From assembly GCA_963801815.1 (NCBI GenBank), contig CAWDGJ010000003.1, positions 800,001 to 864,000 of the forward strand: a stretch of DNA of 64,000 bases, read 5' to 3'. This document shows, one piece after another, positions 29,188 through 39,017 of the stretch. The DNA is from an uncultured Verrucomicrobiae bacterium. GTDB taxonomy: Bacteria; Verrucomicrobiota; Verrucomicrobiia; Chthoniobacterales; UBA10450. A program made the position numbers and the translations under genes. Within the stretch, counting starts at the first letter, position 1. The number at the start of each line of letters is the position of its first letter. The notes under the pieces were generated by a model. That model ran no database searches and was not told the origin of the DNA. It worked only from the letters and a program-made list of their open reading frames with translations.

Positions 29188-29919
29188 ATGCACCCCACCG
29201 TCAAAGCAGCGCGGATCGCCGGCCTCGTGTATCTAGCGATGATCCTCGTCGCGCCCTTCAGCCTGCTCTACGTTCCCGGCAAGCTCATCGTTCACGGCAA
29301 TGCGACGGCAACGGCCGAAAACATCCTGGCCCACGAGACGCTGTTTCATTTGTCGATCTTCGGAGACCTTATCGGGCATGTCATTTTCATCTGCCTCGGC
29401 ATCGCGCTGTATCGGTTGCTCAGCAATGTGAACAAGACATGGGCGATGTTAATGGTCGCGTTTGTTTTGGTCTCCGCCGCGGTTGGGTTTCTCAACACTT
29501 TGAATAATATCGGCGCGCTCATCCTCTTTCGCGGCGGCGAGTTTCTCGCCGTTGTCGATAAAGTACAGCGCGACGCACTCGGCTTCCTGTTCCTGCGTTT
29601 GCATAACCAGGGAGAATTCATTAACGAGATTTTCTGGGGCGTGTGGCTTTTTCCTTTCGGGTTGCTTGTGGTCCGGTCCGGATTCCTACCGCGCATCTTG
29701 GGCATTTGGTTGATCATCGCCTGTTTCGCCTGGGTCGCGCTCAGCATTACGGCACAGTTCTTCTCTGCTTACTACGGCGCCGCTTTTAATTGGTTGCAGC
29801 CGGCATTCTTCGCCGAAATGGCAATGATGCTCTACTTCCTGATCAGAGGCGCAAATGTCGCGCGGGTTCCGACTGCGACTTCAGTAGGCAACTCCGGCAT
29901 GCAGGCTACGCAGCAATGA
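29188..29919 (+). CDS. DUF4386 membrane protein
   Basis: ARIAGLVYL, NATATAENILAHE, SGFLPRILG. Confidence 0.85.
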   Translation: MHPTVKAARIAGLVYLAMILVAPFSLLYVPGKLIVHGNATATAENILAHETLFHLSIFGDLIGHVIFICLGIALYRLLSNVNKTWAMLMVAFVLVSAAVGFLNTLNNIGALILFRGGEFLAVVDKVQRDALGFLFLRLHNQGEFINEIFWGVWLFPFGLLVVRSGFLPRILGIWLIIACFAWVALSITAQFFSAYYGAAFNWLQPAFFAEMAMMLYFLIRGANVARVPTATSVGNSGMQATQQ

Positions 29920-30656
29920 TACTGAAAGCCAAAGAATGGTCACCGAAAGCCAAGGCCCGACTGGCCGGTGTTTTTGAAGCGCTGGAAGGTTTCACGTCGT
30001 CTTGGGGGCAGGTGACCGTGCTCGGGCGGCTCATGGTGGTCGGCAATGCCGTCGCCACTGCAGATAATATCCTGCAACACGAAACGTTATTTCGATTAGG
30101 CTTCGCATCGTCCCTTCTTGGCGTCGTATTCCATCTCGCTTGGGCCTTTCTGTTTTACCAGTTGCTCAAGCCAGTGAATAGGAGCGTCTCTTTCTGTGCC
30201 TTACTCGTTATTCTTGTCTGCTGCGCCCTTCAGGCGATTACCGCGCTTTTTTATCTCGCGCCCTTACTCGTGTTGACCGCCGGGAGCTCTCTGAGCGCGC
30301 TTACCCAGGAACAGTTGCAGGCGCTGGCCTACATGTTTCTCAGAGTGAATGGCCTCGCCATGGATATCAACCTCGTGTTTTTTGGACTTTGGTGTGTTTT
30401 GACCGGCTATCTGATTTTTAAATCCACTTTCCTCCCTCGAATCCTAGGCGTCCTGCTGGCGATCGATGGTTTGGGTTGGATGATGTTTATGTGGCCGCCG
30501 CTTGGACACTCTTTGTTTCTCCCAATCGCAATCGCGTGTGGATTGGCCGAGATTCCACTGCAGTTGTGGCTGCTCATATTCGGCGTGAATAACGAACGCT
30601 GGAAAGCGCAGGCCGAAGCGGCTGCCGCGAAACTCCAAGGGTCCTCTCCTTTGTGA
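29916..30656 (+). CDS. DUF4386 membrane protein (second paralog)
   Basis: ARLAGVF, NAVATADNILQHE, STFLPRILG, WLLIFGVN; ATGA overlap. Confidence 0.85.
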   Translation: MILKAKEWSPKAKARLAGVFEALEGFTSSWGQVTVLGRLMVVGNAVATADNILQHETLFRLGFASSLLGVVFHLAWAFLFYQLLKPVNRSVSFCALLVILVCCALQAITALFYLAPLLVLTAGSSLSALTQEQLQALAYMFLRVNGLAMDINLVFFGLWCVLTGYLIFKSTFLPRILGVLLAIDGLGWMMFMWPPLGHSLFLPIAIACGLAEIPLQLWLLIFGVNNERWKAQAEAAAAKLQGSSPL

Positions 30657-31759
30657 AACTTAAACGCATCCTGAAATGGAGCGCAGTCGCGATCCTTCTC
30701 ATTCTGTTCGCCTGGCTCGAGTTCGCTTACTGGACGTCCACGAACGATTGCGACCGACAGGCCGGCGCGCCGGTTCACCCCATGAAAGCTATTCGTTACT
30801 GCGAATACGGCGCGCCGGATGACGTTCTAAAACTTGAATACGTCGAAAAGCCGGTTCCGAACGACAACCAGATCCTGGTCCGGGTTCACGCCGTTTCCCT
30901 CCGATTTTACGACGGCGGAATGCTGGAAGGCGGTGTCGGCAGACTCATCTTTGGACTTCGTAAGCCGAAAAACACAACTCCGGGATCTGACTTCGCGGGA
31001 ACGGTTGAAGCGGTCGGCCGGAACATAACCGAGTTCAAGCCGGGCGATGAAGTCTTCGGTGTCAGAGCGGGCTGTCTCGCGGAATACATTTGTGTCAGGT
31101 CCAGTGGAGCGATGGTTTTAAAGCCGGGCAACGTGACCTTCGAGCAAGCCGCGTCGATTCCGACGGCGCTTGTTTCCCTACAGGGCCTGCGCGACACGGG
31201 GCGGGTGAAAGCAGGACAAAAGGTCCTGATCAATGGTGCGTCCGGAGGCGTCGGCACATTTGCCGTACAAATCGCTAAAGCTTTTGGGGCGGAAGTAACC
31301 GGCGTCTGTAGCACGCACAATGTCGATTTTGTGAAGTCGTTAGGCGCTGATTACGTGATTGATTACACCAAAGAGGACTACACAAAAAGCGATCAGCGTT
31401 ACGACGTTATCTACGACCTGGTCAACAACCATTCCTTTTCGGAACGCCGCCGCGTTCTCAAACCCGGCGGGATCTGCGTGTTGGCCGGAGTAGGCGGATC
31501 GGGAATGCACGAAGAAACCTTGTCCCGGGTGGTTGGCGTGCTCACGACCTCTGTTCGTTCGAAATTTGCGAAGGAGAAGTTTGTTATGTTTGGCGTCGAC
31601 ATTAACAAAAAGGACCTCGGCGTTCTGCGCGATTTGACGGAGAGCGGAAAGGTCGTGCCCGCTCTCACCAAAACCTATCCGCTTACTGACACTGCCGCCG
31701 CCTACAAATATCTCGAGACCGGCCACGTCCAGGGAAAGATCGCTATCACGATCGAATAA
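30653..31759 (+). CDS. Zn-independent MDR (quinone-reductase-like) NAD(P)-dependent oxidoreductase with N-terminal membrane anchor, copy 1
   Basis: GSDFAGTVE, INGASGGVG, VIDYTKED, GKIAI; N-terminal TM then STNDC. Confidence 0.9.
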   Translation: MKLKRILKWSAVAILLILFAWLEFAYWTSTNDCDRQAGAPVHPMKAIRYCEYGAPDDVLKLEYVEKPVPNDNQILVRVHAVSLRFYDGGMLEGGVGRLIFGLRKPKNTTPGSDFAGTVEAVGRNITEFKPGDEVFGVRAGCLAEYICVRSSGAMVLKPGNVTFEQAASIPTALVSLQGLRDTGRVKAGQKVLINGASGGVGTFAVQIAKAFGAEVTGVCSTHNVDFVKSLGADYVIDYTKEDYTKSDQRYDVIYDLVNNHSFSERRRVLKPGGICVLAGVGGSGMHEETLSRVVGVLTTSVRSKFAKEKFVMFGVDINKKDLGVLRDLTESGKVVPALTKTYPLTDTAAAYKYLETGHVQGKIAITIE

Positions 31760-31766
31760 CTGGCGT

Positions 31767-32873
31767 ATGAAAATAAAACGCATAATCAAATGGAGCGCGG
31801 GCATAATTTTTCTCGCGTTCGTTGGCTGGGGCTTCGTCGCCTATTGGCTTTCGACTAACGACTGCGAGCACAGCGCTGCAACCCCAACTAACCCTATGAA
31901 GGCAATTCTGAACTGCGAATATGGAGTAGAGAACCTTCAGCTTCGCGACATCGAAAAGCCGGCGCCGAAGGACGATGAAATCCTGGTTCGCGTTCGCGCG
32001 GCTTCAGTTAATCCGGTCGATGGACACACGATCAGGGGCAGTTGGGTGATGCGGCCAATGAGTGGAATGCGCAAGCCAAAGAACATTCGCTTCGGCACTG
32101 ACTTTGCCGGGACCGTCGAAACGGTCGGCAAAAGCATTACCAACTTCAAACCAGGGGACGAAGTTTTCGGCGCGAAGAACGGCGCAGTGTCGGAGTACGT
32201 CTGCGTCAAGACCGAGCGCGCGGTTGTGACGAAACCAAGCAACATTACCTTCGAACAAGCGGGCTCGGTTGCGGTCGCCGGCCTCACTGCATTGCAAGGT
32301 CTGCGCGACATGGGACGTATTCAGGCCGGACAAAAAGTTTTGATCAACGGCGCGTCGGGCGGCGTTGGCACTTTCGCCGTCCAAATCGCGAAAGCGTTCG
32401 GTGCCGAGGTCACCGCCGTCTGCAGCACGCGTAATGTCGATCTTGTGAAATCGATCGGCGCCGATCGCGTGATCGATTATACAAAAGAAGATTTTACTAA
32501 GACCGATCAACGTTACGACATGATCTACGATCTGGTCGGAAACCATTCGTTCTCTGAACGCCGAAACATTTTAAAACCGAACGGCATTTGCGTGCTCGCC
32601 GGAGTTGGTGGAGCAGGATTACATCCCGGAATGTGGGGACGCGTTCTCGGAAATTTCGCGACCGTTTTTAAGTCAAAATTCACCAGCCAGAAGTTCGTCT
32701 TCTACATTGCGACACTGACCAAAGACGATCTGAATGTTCTGCGCGATCTGATGCAAGCCGGAAAGGTCTCTCCGGTGATCGACCGAACCTACGAGATCGG
32801 TGAGACCCAAGCTGCAGTCCGCTATCTGGAAGAAGGTCACGCGCACGGAAAAGTCGTAATTACGTTGGAATAG
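31767..32873 (+). CDS. MDR oxidoreductase with N-terminal membrane anchor, copy 2
   Basis: AASVNPVD, GTDFAGTVE, INGASGGVG, GHAHGKVVI. Confidence 0.9.
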   Translation: MKIKRIIKWSAGIIFLAFVGWGFVAYWLSTNDCEHSAATPTNPMKAILNCEYGVENLQLRDIEKPAPKDDEILVRVRAASVNPVDGHTIRGSWVMRPMSGMRKPKNIRFGTDFAGTVETVGKSITNFKPGDEVFGAKNGAVSEYVCVKTERAVVTKPSNITFEQAGSVAVAGLTALQGLRDMGRIQAGQKVLINGASGGVGTFAVQIAKAFGAEVTAVCSTRNVDLVKSIGADRVIDYTKEDFTKTDQRYDMIYDLVGNHSFSERRNILKPNGICVLAGVGGAGLHPGMWGRVLGNFATVFKSKFTSQKFVFYIATLTKDDLNVLRDLMQAGKVSPVIDRTYEIGETQAAVRYLEEGHAHGKVVITLE

Positions 32874-32903
32874 ACAAGTCCGGGCTTGGTATTATGTGGG
32901 TTT

Positions 32904-34007
32904 ATGAAACGCTTCTTTAAATGGTTTTTCAGTTTGGTCCTCATTGGCTTGGTCGCGTGGTTCCTTGTCGCTTACTTCACCTCTACAAACGACTGCGATC
33001 GTCAGACCGCCGCACCCACAAATCCTATTAAGGCCATTACCTATTGCGACTATGGCGTTGCTAATCTCAAACTGTCGGATATCGAAAAGCCCGTTCCGAA
33101 GGACGACCAGATCCTGGTCAGAGTTCACGCGGCTTCAGTCAATCCGTACGACTGGCACTTCATTGAAGGCACGCCCTATGTCATGCGAGCAATGGGCGTT
33201 GGGTTGCGAAAACCAAAGGACATTCGACTCGGTACTGATTTTGCCGGAACGGTCGAAGCCGTTGGCAAGAACGTTCCGCAGTACAAACCCGGCGACGAGG
33301 TATTTGGCGGGAGCACCGGCGCGTTCGCGCAATATTTGTGCAGGCGCGCCACCGGATCAGTGGCGTTGAAACCGGCCGGGCTCAGCTTTGAGCAAGCGGC
33401 GGCGATCAACATAGCGGGCATTACCGCGCTGCAGGCTGTGCGCGACAAAGGCAAAGTAGGGCCCGGACAAAAAGTTTTGATCAACGGTGCGTCCGGCGGG
33501 GTTGGAACATTCGCCGTGCAACTTGCAAAATCATACGGCGCTGATGTGACGGGCGTTTGCAGTGCGCGCAATATCGATCTTGTCCAATCGCTCGGTGCCG
33601 ATCACGTCATCGACTACACCAAAGAGGATTTCACCAAAGGCGATCAACGTTACGATGTCGTAATCGATAATGTTGCGAATCATTCATTGTCCGAATGCCG
33701 GCGCGTCTTAACGCCTAACGGAATTTACGTGATGATCGGCGGCGGCGGGGCAAATGAGCAGGGGTTCGTCGGCGCTATTGGCAAGGCGCTGAACGCAGCG
33801 GTGTATTCAAAATTCGTCAAACAGAAAATGGGCATGATGATGGCGCAGCCGAGCACGTCAGATCTCTCGCTTCTCGCCGGAATGGTTGAGTCAGGAAAAT
33901 TGAAGACGGTTATCGACCGGACTTACAAATTGGCGGAAGTGCCGGAAGCGGTCCGTTATGTCGAGGAAGGCCACGCCAAGGGCAAAGTAGTTATTACGGT
34001 CGACTGA
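32904..34007 (+). CDS. MDR oxidoreductase with N-terminal membrane anchor, copy 3
   Basis: AASVNPYD, GTDFAGTVE, INGASGGVG, GHAKGKVVI. Confidence 0.9.
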   Translation: MKRFFKWFFSLVLIGLVAWFLVAYFTSTNDCDRQTAAPTNPIKAITYCDYGVANLKLSDIEKPVPKDDQILVRVHAASVNPYDWHFIEGTPYVMRAMGVGLRKPKDIRLGTDFAGTVEAVGKNVPQYKPGDEVFGGSTGAFAQYLCRRATGSVALKPAGLSFEQAAAINIAGITALQAVRDKGKVGPGQKVLINGASGGVGTFAVQLAKSYGADVTGVCSARNIDLVQSLGADHVIDYTKEDFTKGDQRYDVVIDNVANHSLSECRRVLTPNGIYVMIGGGGANEQGFVGAIGKALNAAVYSKFVKQKMGMMMAQPSTSDLSLLAGMVESGKLKTVIDRTYKLAEVPEAVRYVEEGHAKGKVVITVD

Positions 34008-34119
34008 CGTGTCTGCGTCCGCTTCGAGAATGCAGCGCATTCGAGGTTGGACGCTTGTGATCGTCGGAGCGGGCCTTTCGATCTTGCGAAATTTGGCTGC
34101 GCAATAAATTACTGAATCG

Positions 34120-34542
34120 ATGAAGAGATTTCTAGTTGCGACTGTGGCGTCGCTAGCGTTGTCCATCACCGTCTTCGCTCGAATCGGTGAAGATGAGAAG
34201 CAAATCGAAAAGCGCTACGGAAAAGCGCGGAAAGACCTGGGCAGTCACGGCGAGGTCCACGAGGTCGGCTATATCTCGAGCGGGTTTATGATTCTGGTGG
34301 ATTACGTAAACGGAATCAGCCAGCGCGAAGGATTTACCAAACCGGACACCTCTGCGCTGGCCGAGCAGAACATCAAAGACATTCTGGCCATGAGCGCGGC
34401 CGAAGGAACGACCTGGGTGGAAGCGGCCGCATCTAATGGTGATAAGGGCTGGGACCGCTCAGACAACAAAGTGAAAGCGATTCTACCGGCGATGGGAAAA
34501 TTCCTTTTCGTTCAAGACGTGAGCTTTAAACAACCGGACTAG
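34120..34542 (+). CDS. Exported hypothetical protein
   Basis: Signal peptide then ARIGE..QIEKRYG. Confidence 0.7.
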   Translation: MKRFLVATVASLALSITVFARIGEDEKQIEKRYGKARKDLGSHGEVHEVGYISSGFMILVDYVNGISQREGFTKPDTSALAEQNIKDILAMSAAEGTTWVEAAASNGDKGWDRSDNKVKAILPAMGKFLFVQDVSFKQPD

Positions 34543-34620
34543 CTGATAGAGACGATTGACTTCGATCGTCAATGACGGTTGCTCGCGCTGGTTTCCCCCA
34601 GCTCACTGAACCGCCGCTGC

Positions 34621-36129
34621 CTAGTCCAAATGCTGTAGCGACGGAATTCCGTAATTTTCCTGAAGATCAGGCGCCTCCGCGGCAACGTCCTTAACGTCGA
34701 GCTCGATTTGCTTCGGATCTTCTTCAGTTTCGATCTTGATGAACCCGCCGTCGATCGGTTGCTTTATGGCGGCGGCGAGATCCTTCAATGACTTGATTTC
34801 CTGTCCATTAACCTTGGTCACTGTAAGGTAGGAAACCTCGTCGTAACCAATCGTGTTATTGGCCGGAAGGACCTGGCTGAGGATAACGATGCGGCGCTGT
34901 TCCCCGGGAAAAAGTTCGGATTGAAACCGGTCGAAGTAGACGAATCGTGCGGGAGCTTCGCGCTGCCAGTTCGGTCCCCATTCTTTGAGGTATTGGCGGG
35001 ACAACTCCTGAAAGATCAGGCCGCCGAGAACAATGTAATTCGGCGCGTCATCAAGTGAATACGGAGGACTCACGTAATCTTTCGCATCGCGATGTTCGAG
35101 CGTTACCTTCAACTCCATTGGCTTGCCTGCGCGTTGGATCTGGAATGGGAGGATGTCGCCGGAATAAGAATGCGCGCTGATCAAGTTCGTGAACTCAATT
35201 TTGCCGTAGAGTGAATCGACATAGTTGCCGTTTTGATCGATCTCGTGATTGCCGATCGCGGTGATAGTATCGCCGACCTGCATGCCTGCTTTCATCGCAG
35301 GGGTGTTCGGCTCAACGTTGGTGACGTAGACGCCGCCGGCTTTGTCTGTCTCTCCAGCGTACTTTCGCAACTGCGGGTCACGCGTTGGAAAGAATGAAAA
35401 TCCTACCGACGGAAACCCGCGATAATGCTCGCCTTCAGCTTCTTTGAGGAAATGAGTGATGATCGGTGCCGGGATCGCATCGATGAGCTGCGAGCGCGGG
35501 TCGTAACGCAAAAGCAAACCGGCGAGCTTGTTGTTTTTGACCAGGGGAATCGTGTAGCTGTTTTCGCGATACTGCATCGGCAGGCTAATGCGGTAAGTAA
35601 GAAACTGGCCGACGTCGGCCGGGTACTTCGTCATTTGAATCGTGGTAACGAGACCCTCCGTTGCCACGAGCGCGCCGGTGGGTTCCAATTGCCAGGCGGC
35701 GATTCGATCGCCGACCACGGTGTCACTAGCGACCTCGAGTGGCGAAATGCCCGCGAGGAAGTTCTTATCAGTTGGCTCGAGCAACGCGAGGTTCGCTTCG
35801 TAATCGATGACGTCAACATTCGCGGCCGTTTTTTCGCCTGATTCAGCGCGTTCCAGCTCTACGTAATTCTGATTCGCAACCAGGTCCGCCGTCACTAGCA
35901 CCCTTCCTTTGGAGAGCACGGCGCCAAGGGCACGTTTCGAGACCGGCGCCTTTTTTTGCCACGGTCGAAAATAATCATACGGCTGGCCAGTCACGTTTAC
36001 GCGAACGAGGGACAGCAGTTTCTGCTTAATGTCCTTGTTTGTCGGCGCCGGCGCTGGAGCTTCCTTTTTTGCCAAGGCCGCAGTTGCGACTATTGAAACC
36101 AAACTCAAACTGACGATTAACCTGCGCAT
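34621..36129 (-). CDS. Deg/HtrA-like PDZ protein with degenerate catalytic triad (pseudo-protease)
   Basis: Colinear with neighbour: TADLV for NAHVV, EANLAL for DCDLAL, ENSYTIP for GNSGGP. Confidence 0.8.
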   Translation of the reverse strand: MRRLIVSLSLVSIVATAALAKKEAPAPAPTNKDIKQKLLSLVRVNVTGQPYDYFRPWQKKAPVSKRALGAVLSKGRVLVTADLVANQNYVELERAESGEKTAANVDVIDYEANLALLEPTDKNFLAGISPLEVASDTVVGDRIAAWQLEPTGALVATEGLVTTIQMTKYPADVGQFLTYRISLPMQYRENSYTIPLVKNNKLAGLLLRYDPRSQLIDAIPAPIITHFLKEAEGEHYRGFPSVGFSFFPTRDPQLRKYAGETDKAGGVYVTNVEPNTPAMKAGMQVGDTITAIGNHEIDQNGNYVDSLYGKIEFTNLISAHSYSGDILPFQIQRAGKPMELKVTLEHRDAKDYVSPPYSLDDAPNYIVLGGLIFQELSRQYLKEWGPNWQREAPARFVYFDRFQSELFPGEQRRIVILSQVLPANNTIGYDEVSYLTVTKVNGQEIKSLKDLAAAIKQPIDGGFIKIETEEDPKQIELDVKDVAAEAPDLQENYGIPSLQHLD

Positions 36130-36132
36130 CTC

Positions 36133-37779
36133 TTAGAGTTGTGTCTGCATCGCGGTCGTTTTTGCACCCGGTTGCTCCTGAAGGTTTTCTTCCCGAACGA
36201 CATTGTAACGTGTCTTAATTCTCTCGCGGGCGGCTTCGACTTGCTTTGGATCGAGCACCAGCGGAGGCCCATCGCCGATCATGTTGATCACAAACCGGTC
36301 GGCCGGTTGGGCAAACATCTGGGCGAGGTCGTCGAGCGTACGCACTTTCTTCCCGTTGATTTCATCAACAATCCCACCGCGATACGCCGCCAGATAAGTA
36401 TTGATCGGGTCCGGCAAGATATTCGTGAGCACAATCACGTCAGGATGTTCGAGATAAAGCTGATCGATCACGTAAAAGTCGAAGAAATGGCGCAGGCGGA
36501 GGTCCTGGGGTTGATAAGCCTCGAGCAGATCGAGCGACAACGGCTGAAAAAGAAGTCCGCCATAAACGACGTAGCGCGGCCGCACATCGTATCTGTGGCT
36601 CTGCATCAAGTACGGCGGCACCGTGTCGAGCTGGACGCTTCCGCTGATGGTTTGTTTGTCGCGCCAGATTTCGAACTTCACCTGGTCGCCTTTGAATTTT
36701 CGTTCGACGACTTCCGGCATTTCAACATGCTCGCCTTCGAGGTCGACGTTGCCGTCGCTGGCGATCGGATGATTGTCGATCGACAGCAAAACGTCACCCG
36801 AGTGAAGAAGTTTGGCACACGGTCCCGCTGTCACTACGGTCTCGACCAAAACGCCGCGGCCATCGTCTTTTAAACCAAGATATCTCCGCTGCGCGGGGTT
36901 TTGTAATTTCGAGAACGTCAGCCCAAGATCGACATAGCCATCGTAGTGGCCGTCGCTCACGTCCTGGAGAAAGCGATTAATGACCGGCGTCGGCACCATA
37001 TAAGCGACGCCTTGTGCGACGTCGCCGCTGTAACCCTGGAACGCAACGCCCACGACCTTCGCGTTTTGCATCACCGGTCCGCCACTGTTACCAGGATTGA
37101 TCTGCGCGCTGATCTGAATCGCCAGGTGCTGATCGATCGACGAGTGGGTGTAAAGTTGGAAATCAATGCGCGAGACGATGCCCGTTGTTACCGACATGCG
37201 TTCGCCACCGATTGGATAGCCGTAGGCCGAGACGGTTGATTCGAGCTCGGGAATTCCGCCCAACTTCAGCGGGATCATGTTCTTGAAGAAGCTCGGATCA
37301 ACCGTGATTAGCGCGAGGTCGCAATCATGTGCCACGAACAAAACTTTAGCCGGATATTTGTTTGGATCGCCATCGCGCTCGACCGTGAGGTAGCGGCTGT
37401 TGCTGACGACGTGCGCGTTGGTCATGATACGATTACCGGCGATCACGAAGCCCGCGCCGATGCCACGACCGATCATTCCCGCATTCCAAGGCGCGCGATA
37501 ATCAGGCGCAACCTCGGTGGCAGTGATGCGGACCAGGCTTTTTTGGATCGGCCCGTTCGGTTGCGGCGGAGCGATAGGCACCGGAACGGCAACGACGTTC
37601 TGCTGTGGAGTGGTGGGTCTTGCCCCTGGCGGTCGCGGTTGTTCTGGCGACGGTCCCGGTGGGCCTCCAGTCGGCGGGCGCTGCTGCTGTGGAGGAGGCT
37701 GCTGCTGAGGCGGTTGTTGGCCGAACGACGTCGATGCGGCGAGCAACAAAACAGAAATAAAAATGGGAACGCCCTTCAT
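36133..37779 (-). CDS. Exported trypsin-like serine protease with two PDZ domains (Deg2-like)
   Basis: TNAHVV, HDCDLAL, INPGNSGGP; YGGLLFQPLS; Pro/Gln-rich N-terminus. Confidence 0.92.
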   Translation of the reverse strand: MKGVPIFISVLLLAASTSFGQQPPQQQPPPQQQRPPTGGPPGPSPEQPRPPGARPTTPQQNVVAVPVPIAPPQPNGPIQKSLVRITATEVAPDYRAPWNAGMIGRGIGAGFVIAGNRIMTNAHVVSNSRYLTVERDGDPNKYPAKVLFVAHDCDLALITVDPSFFKNMIPLKLGGIPELESTVSAYGYPIGGERMSVTTGIVSRIDFQLYTHSSIDQHLAIQISAQINPGNSGGPVMQNAKVVGVAFQGYSGDVAQGVAYMVPTPVINRFLQDVSDGHYDGYVDLGLTFSKLQNPAQRRYLGLKDDGRGVLVETVVTAGPCAKLLHSGDVLLSIDNHPIASDGNVDLEGEHVEMPEVVERKFKGDQVKFEIWRDKQTISGSVQLDTVPPYLMQSHRYDVRPRYVVYGGLLFQPLSLDLLEAYQPQDLRLRHFFDFYVIDQLYLEHPDVIVLTNILPDPINTYLAAYRGGIVDEINGKKVRTLDDLAQMFAQPADRFVINMIGDGPPLVLDPKQVEAARERIKTRYNVVREENLQEQPGAKTTAMQTQL

Positions 37780-37825
37780 GCCGGAAAGTCTGGAAGATGA
37801 AACGAAGTGATTGAAAAGCAACCGC

Positions 37826-38998
37826 TCAAATTCCCGCGCGCGCAAGTAGGGACTCCAAAACCGTCTTGGCTTCAAAGACTTCGCGCGCAATCCGTCGGGC
37901 CGCGTCCGAGTGCTTTTTGTAATCGGCGCGAATCATTTTCGCCGCCTCCGCAATTTCGTCGAGAGATCGGAATGCGAGCAGGCCGGCATTGCCGCCGTAA
38001 TTTTTCGTGAATCCCGTCTCCTGGGTGATGACCGGTCGGCCCGCCGCGAGATAACACGCGCTCCGATCGCTGAACCAGCCGGTATTGAGCCGCACATATT
38101 GGTCCTTCGCTACCGTGAATTCGCCCTTCGACCGTTGGATGTAATCGCGGTAAAGCCAGTAATCGACGCTCATTTGCAACGGTGAGACCAATCGCCAGCC
38201 GTTGCGTTCGAATTTTTTGGCCGCTCGGGGATCGGAAATGTTCGTCGCCAGCTCAAATATTTCTCCCGCCCTCTTCGGAGCTTCCACAAAACGCAAGAAC
38301 TCGCGCGACTTGCTCCACAAATACTTTTCGCCGCGCCAGATAATGTCTTTGAGCCCGCTCGTCGACCAATTCGCAATCGAAGTGAATACCGCTGCTTTCT
38401 TCGGTAGGCTTTTAGTTTCCCAAAGGTCGGTTACGATTGGTTGCCGCGTCGCGTGCCATTTAAGTCCGTGCAGCGGAACGGGAAAACTTTTCGTCCCGAC
38501 GTTCTCGCCGAACGTAAACAGGACGTGGTGGCGACGGAGATACTCGGCTGTCGATTCAACTCCGTTGTCGATCTTGATTTGCTCAACCCCGGGATCGCTT
38601 TCGACGTAAATGATTCGATCGCATTTCAGCAAGTCGTCATTGAACTCCTGCGTCCCGCAAATGTTCAGGACTGCGTCGGCTTCGCGGTAGAGCTGGCGGA
38701 TTTTTCCCAGGGGAAGGCCCGCCGTCGGATTTTCTTTCACATAGCGCGCGCAGTAGGACCACCGATTTTTGAAATCGAATTCGCCCGCGAGCTGGTCGAG
38801 GATTTTCGCGGCATAATCAAATTCCACATTTACTTCGAACGTTTCCGGGTTGTAGGGAATCCGTGCCGAATCCTCGATGTAATAAACTTCGTGACCCAGT
38901 TGCTGCAGGCCCACGATGTAATGGATGTGCTGCCAGATCACGCCTGCGATCGGCATCCCACCCATGAAGCCCATGACAACGATGCGTTTGCGCTTCAT
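37826..38998 (-). CDS. Uncharacterised glycosyltransferase-like protein; paralog of 19566..20708
   Basis: GLQQLGHEVYYIED, ESDPG, FTSIANW, GEFTVAK, TGWFSDRSACYLAAGRPVITQETG. Confidence 0.75.
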   Translation of the reverse strand: MKRKRIVVMGFMGGMPIAGVIWQHIHYIVGLQQLGHEVYYIEDSARIPYNPETFEVNVEFDYAAKILDQLAGEFDFKNRWSYCARYVKENPTAGLPLGKIRQLYREADAVLNICGTQEFNDDLLKCDRIIYVESDPGVEQIKIDNGVESTAEYLRRHHVLFTFGENVGTKSFPVPLHGLKWHATRQPIVTDLWETKSLPKKAAVFTSIANWSTSGLKDIIWRGEKYLWSKSREFLRFVEAPKRAGEIFELATNISDPRAAKKFERNGWRLVSPLQMSVDYWLYRDYIQRSKGEFTVAKDQYVRLNTGWFSDRSACYLAAGRPVITQETGFTKNYGGNAGLLAFRSLDEIAEAAKMIRADYKKHSDAARRIAREVFEAKTVLESLLARAGI

Positions 38999-39017
38999 TA
39001 GGTAGCCAACGGCCGCT

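Noticed and set aside
37560..37725. Pro/Gln-rich low-complexity stretch
   Set aside because: Ordinary flexible linker after the protease signal peptide
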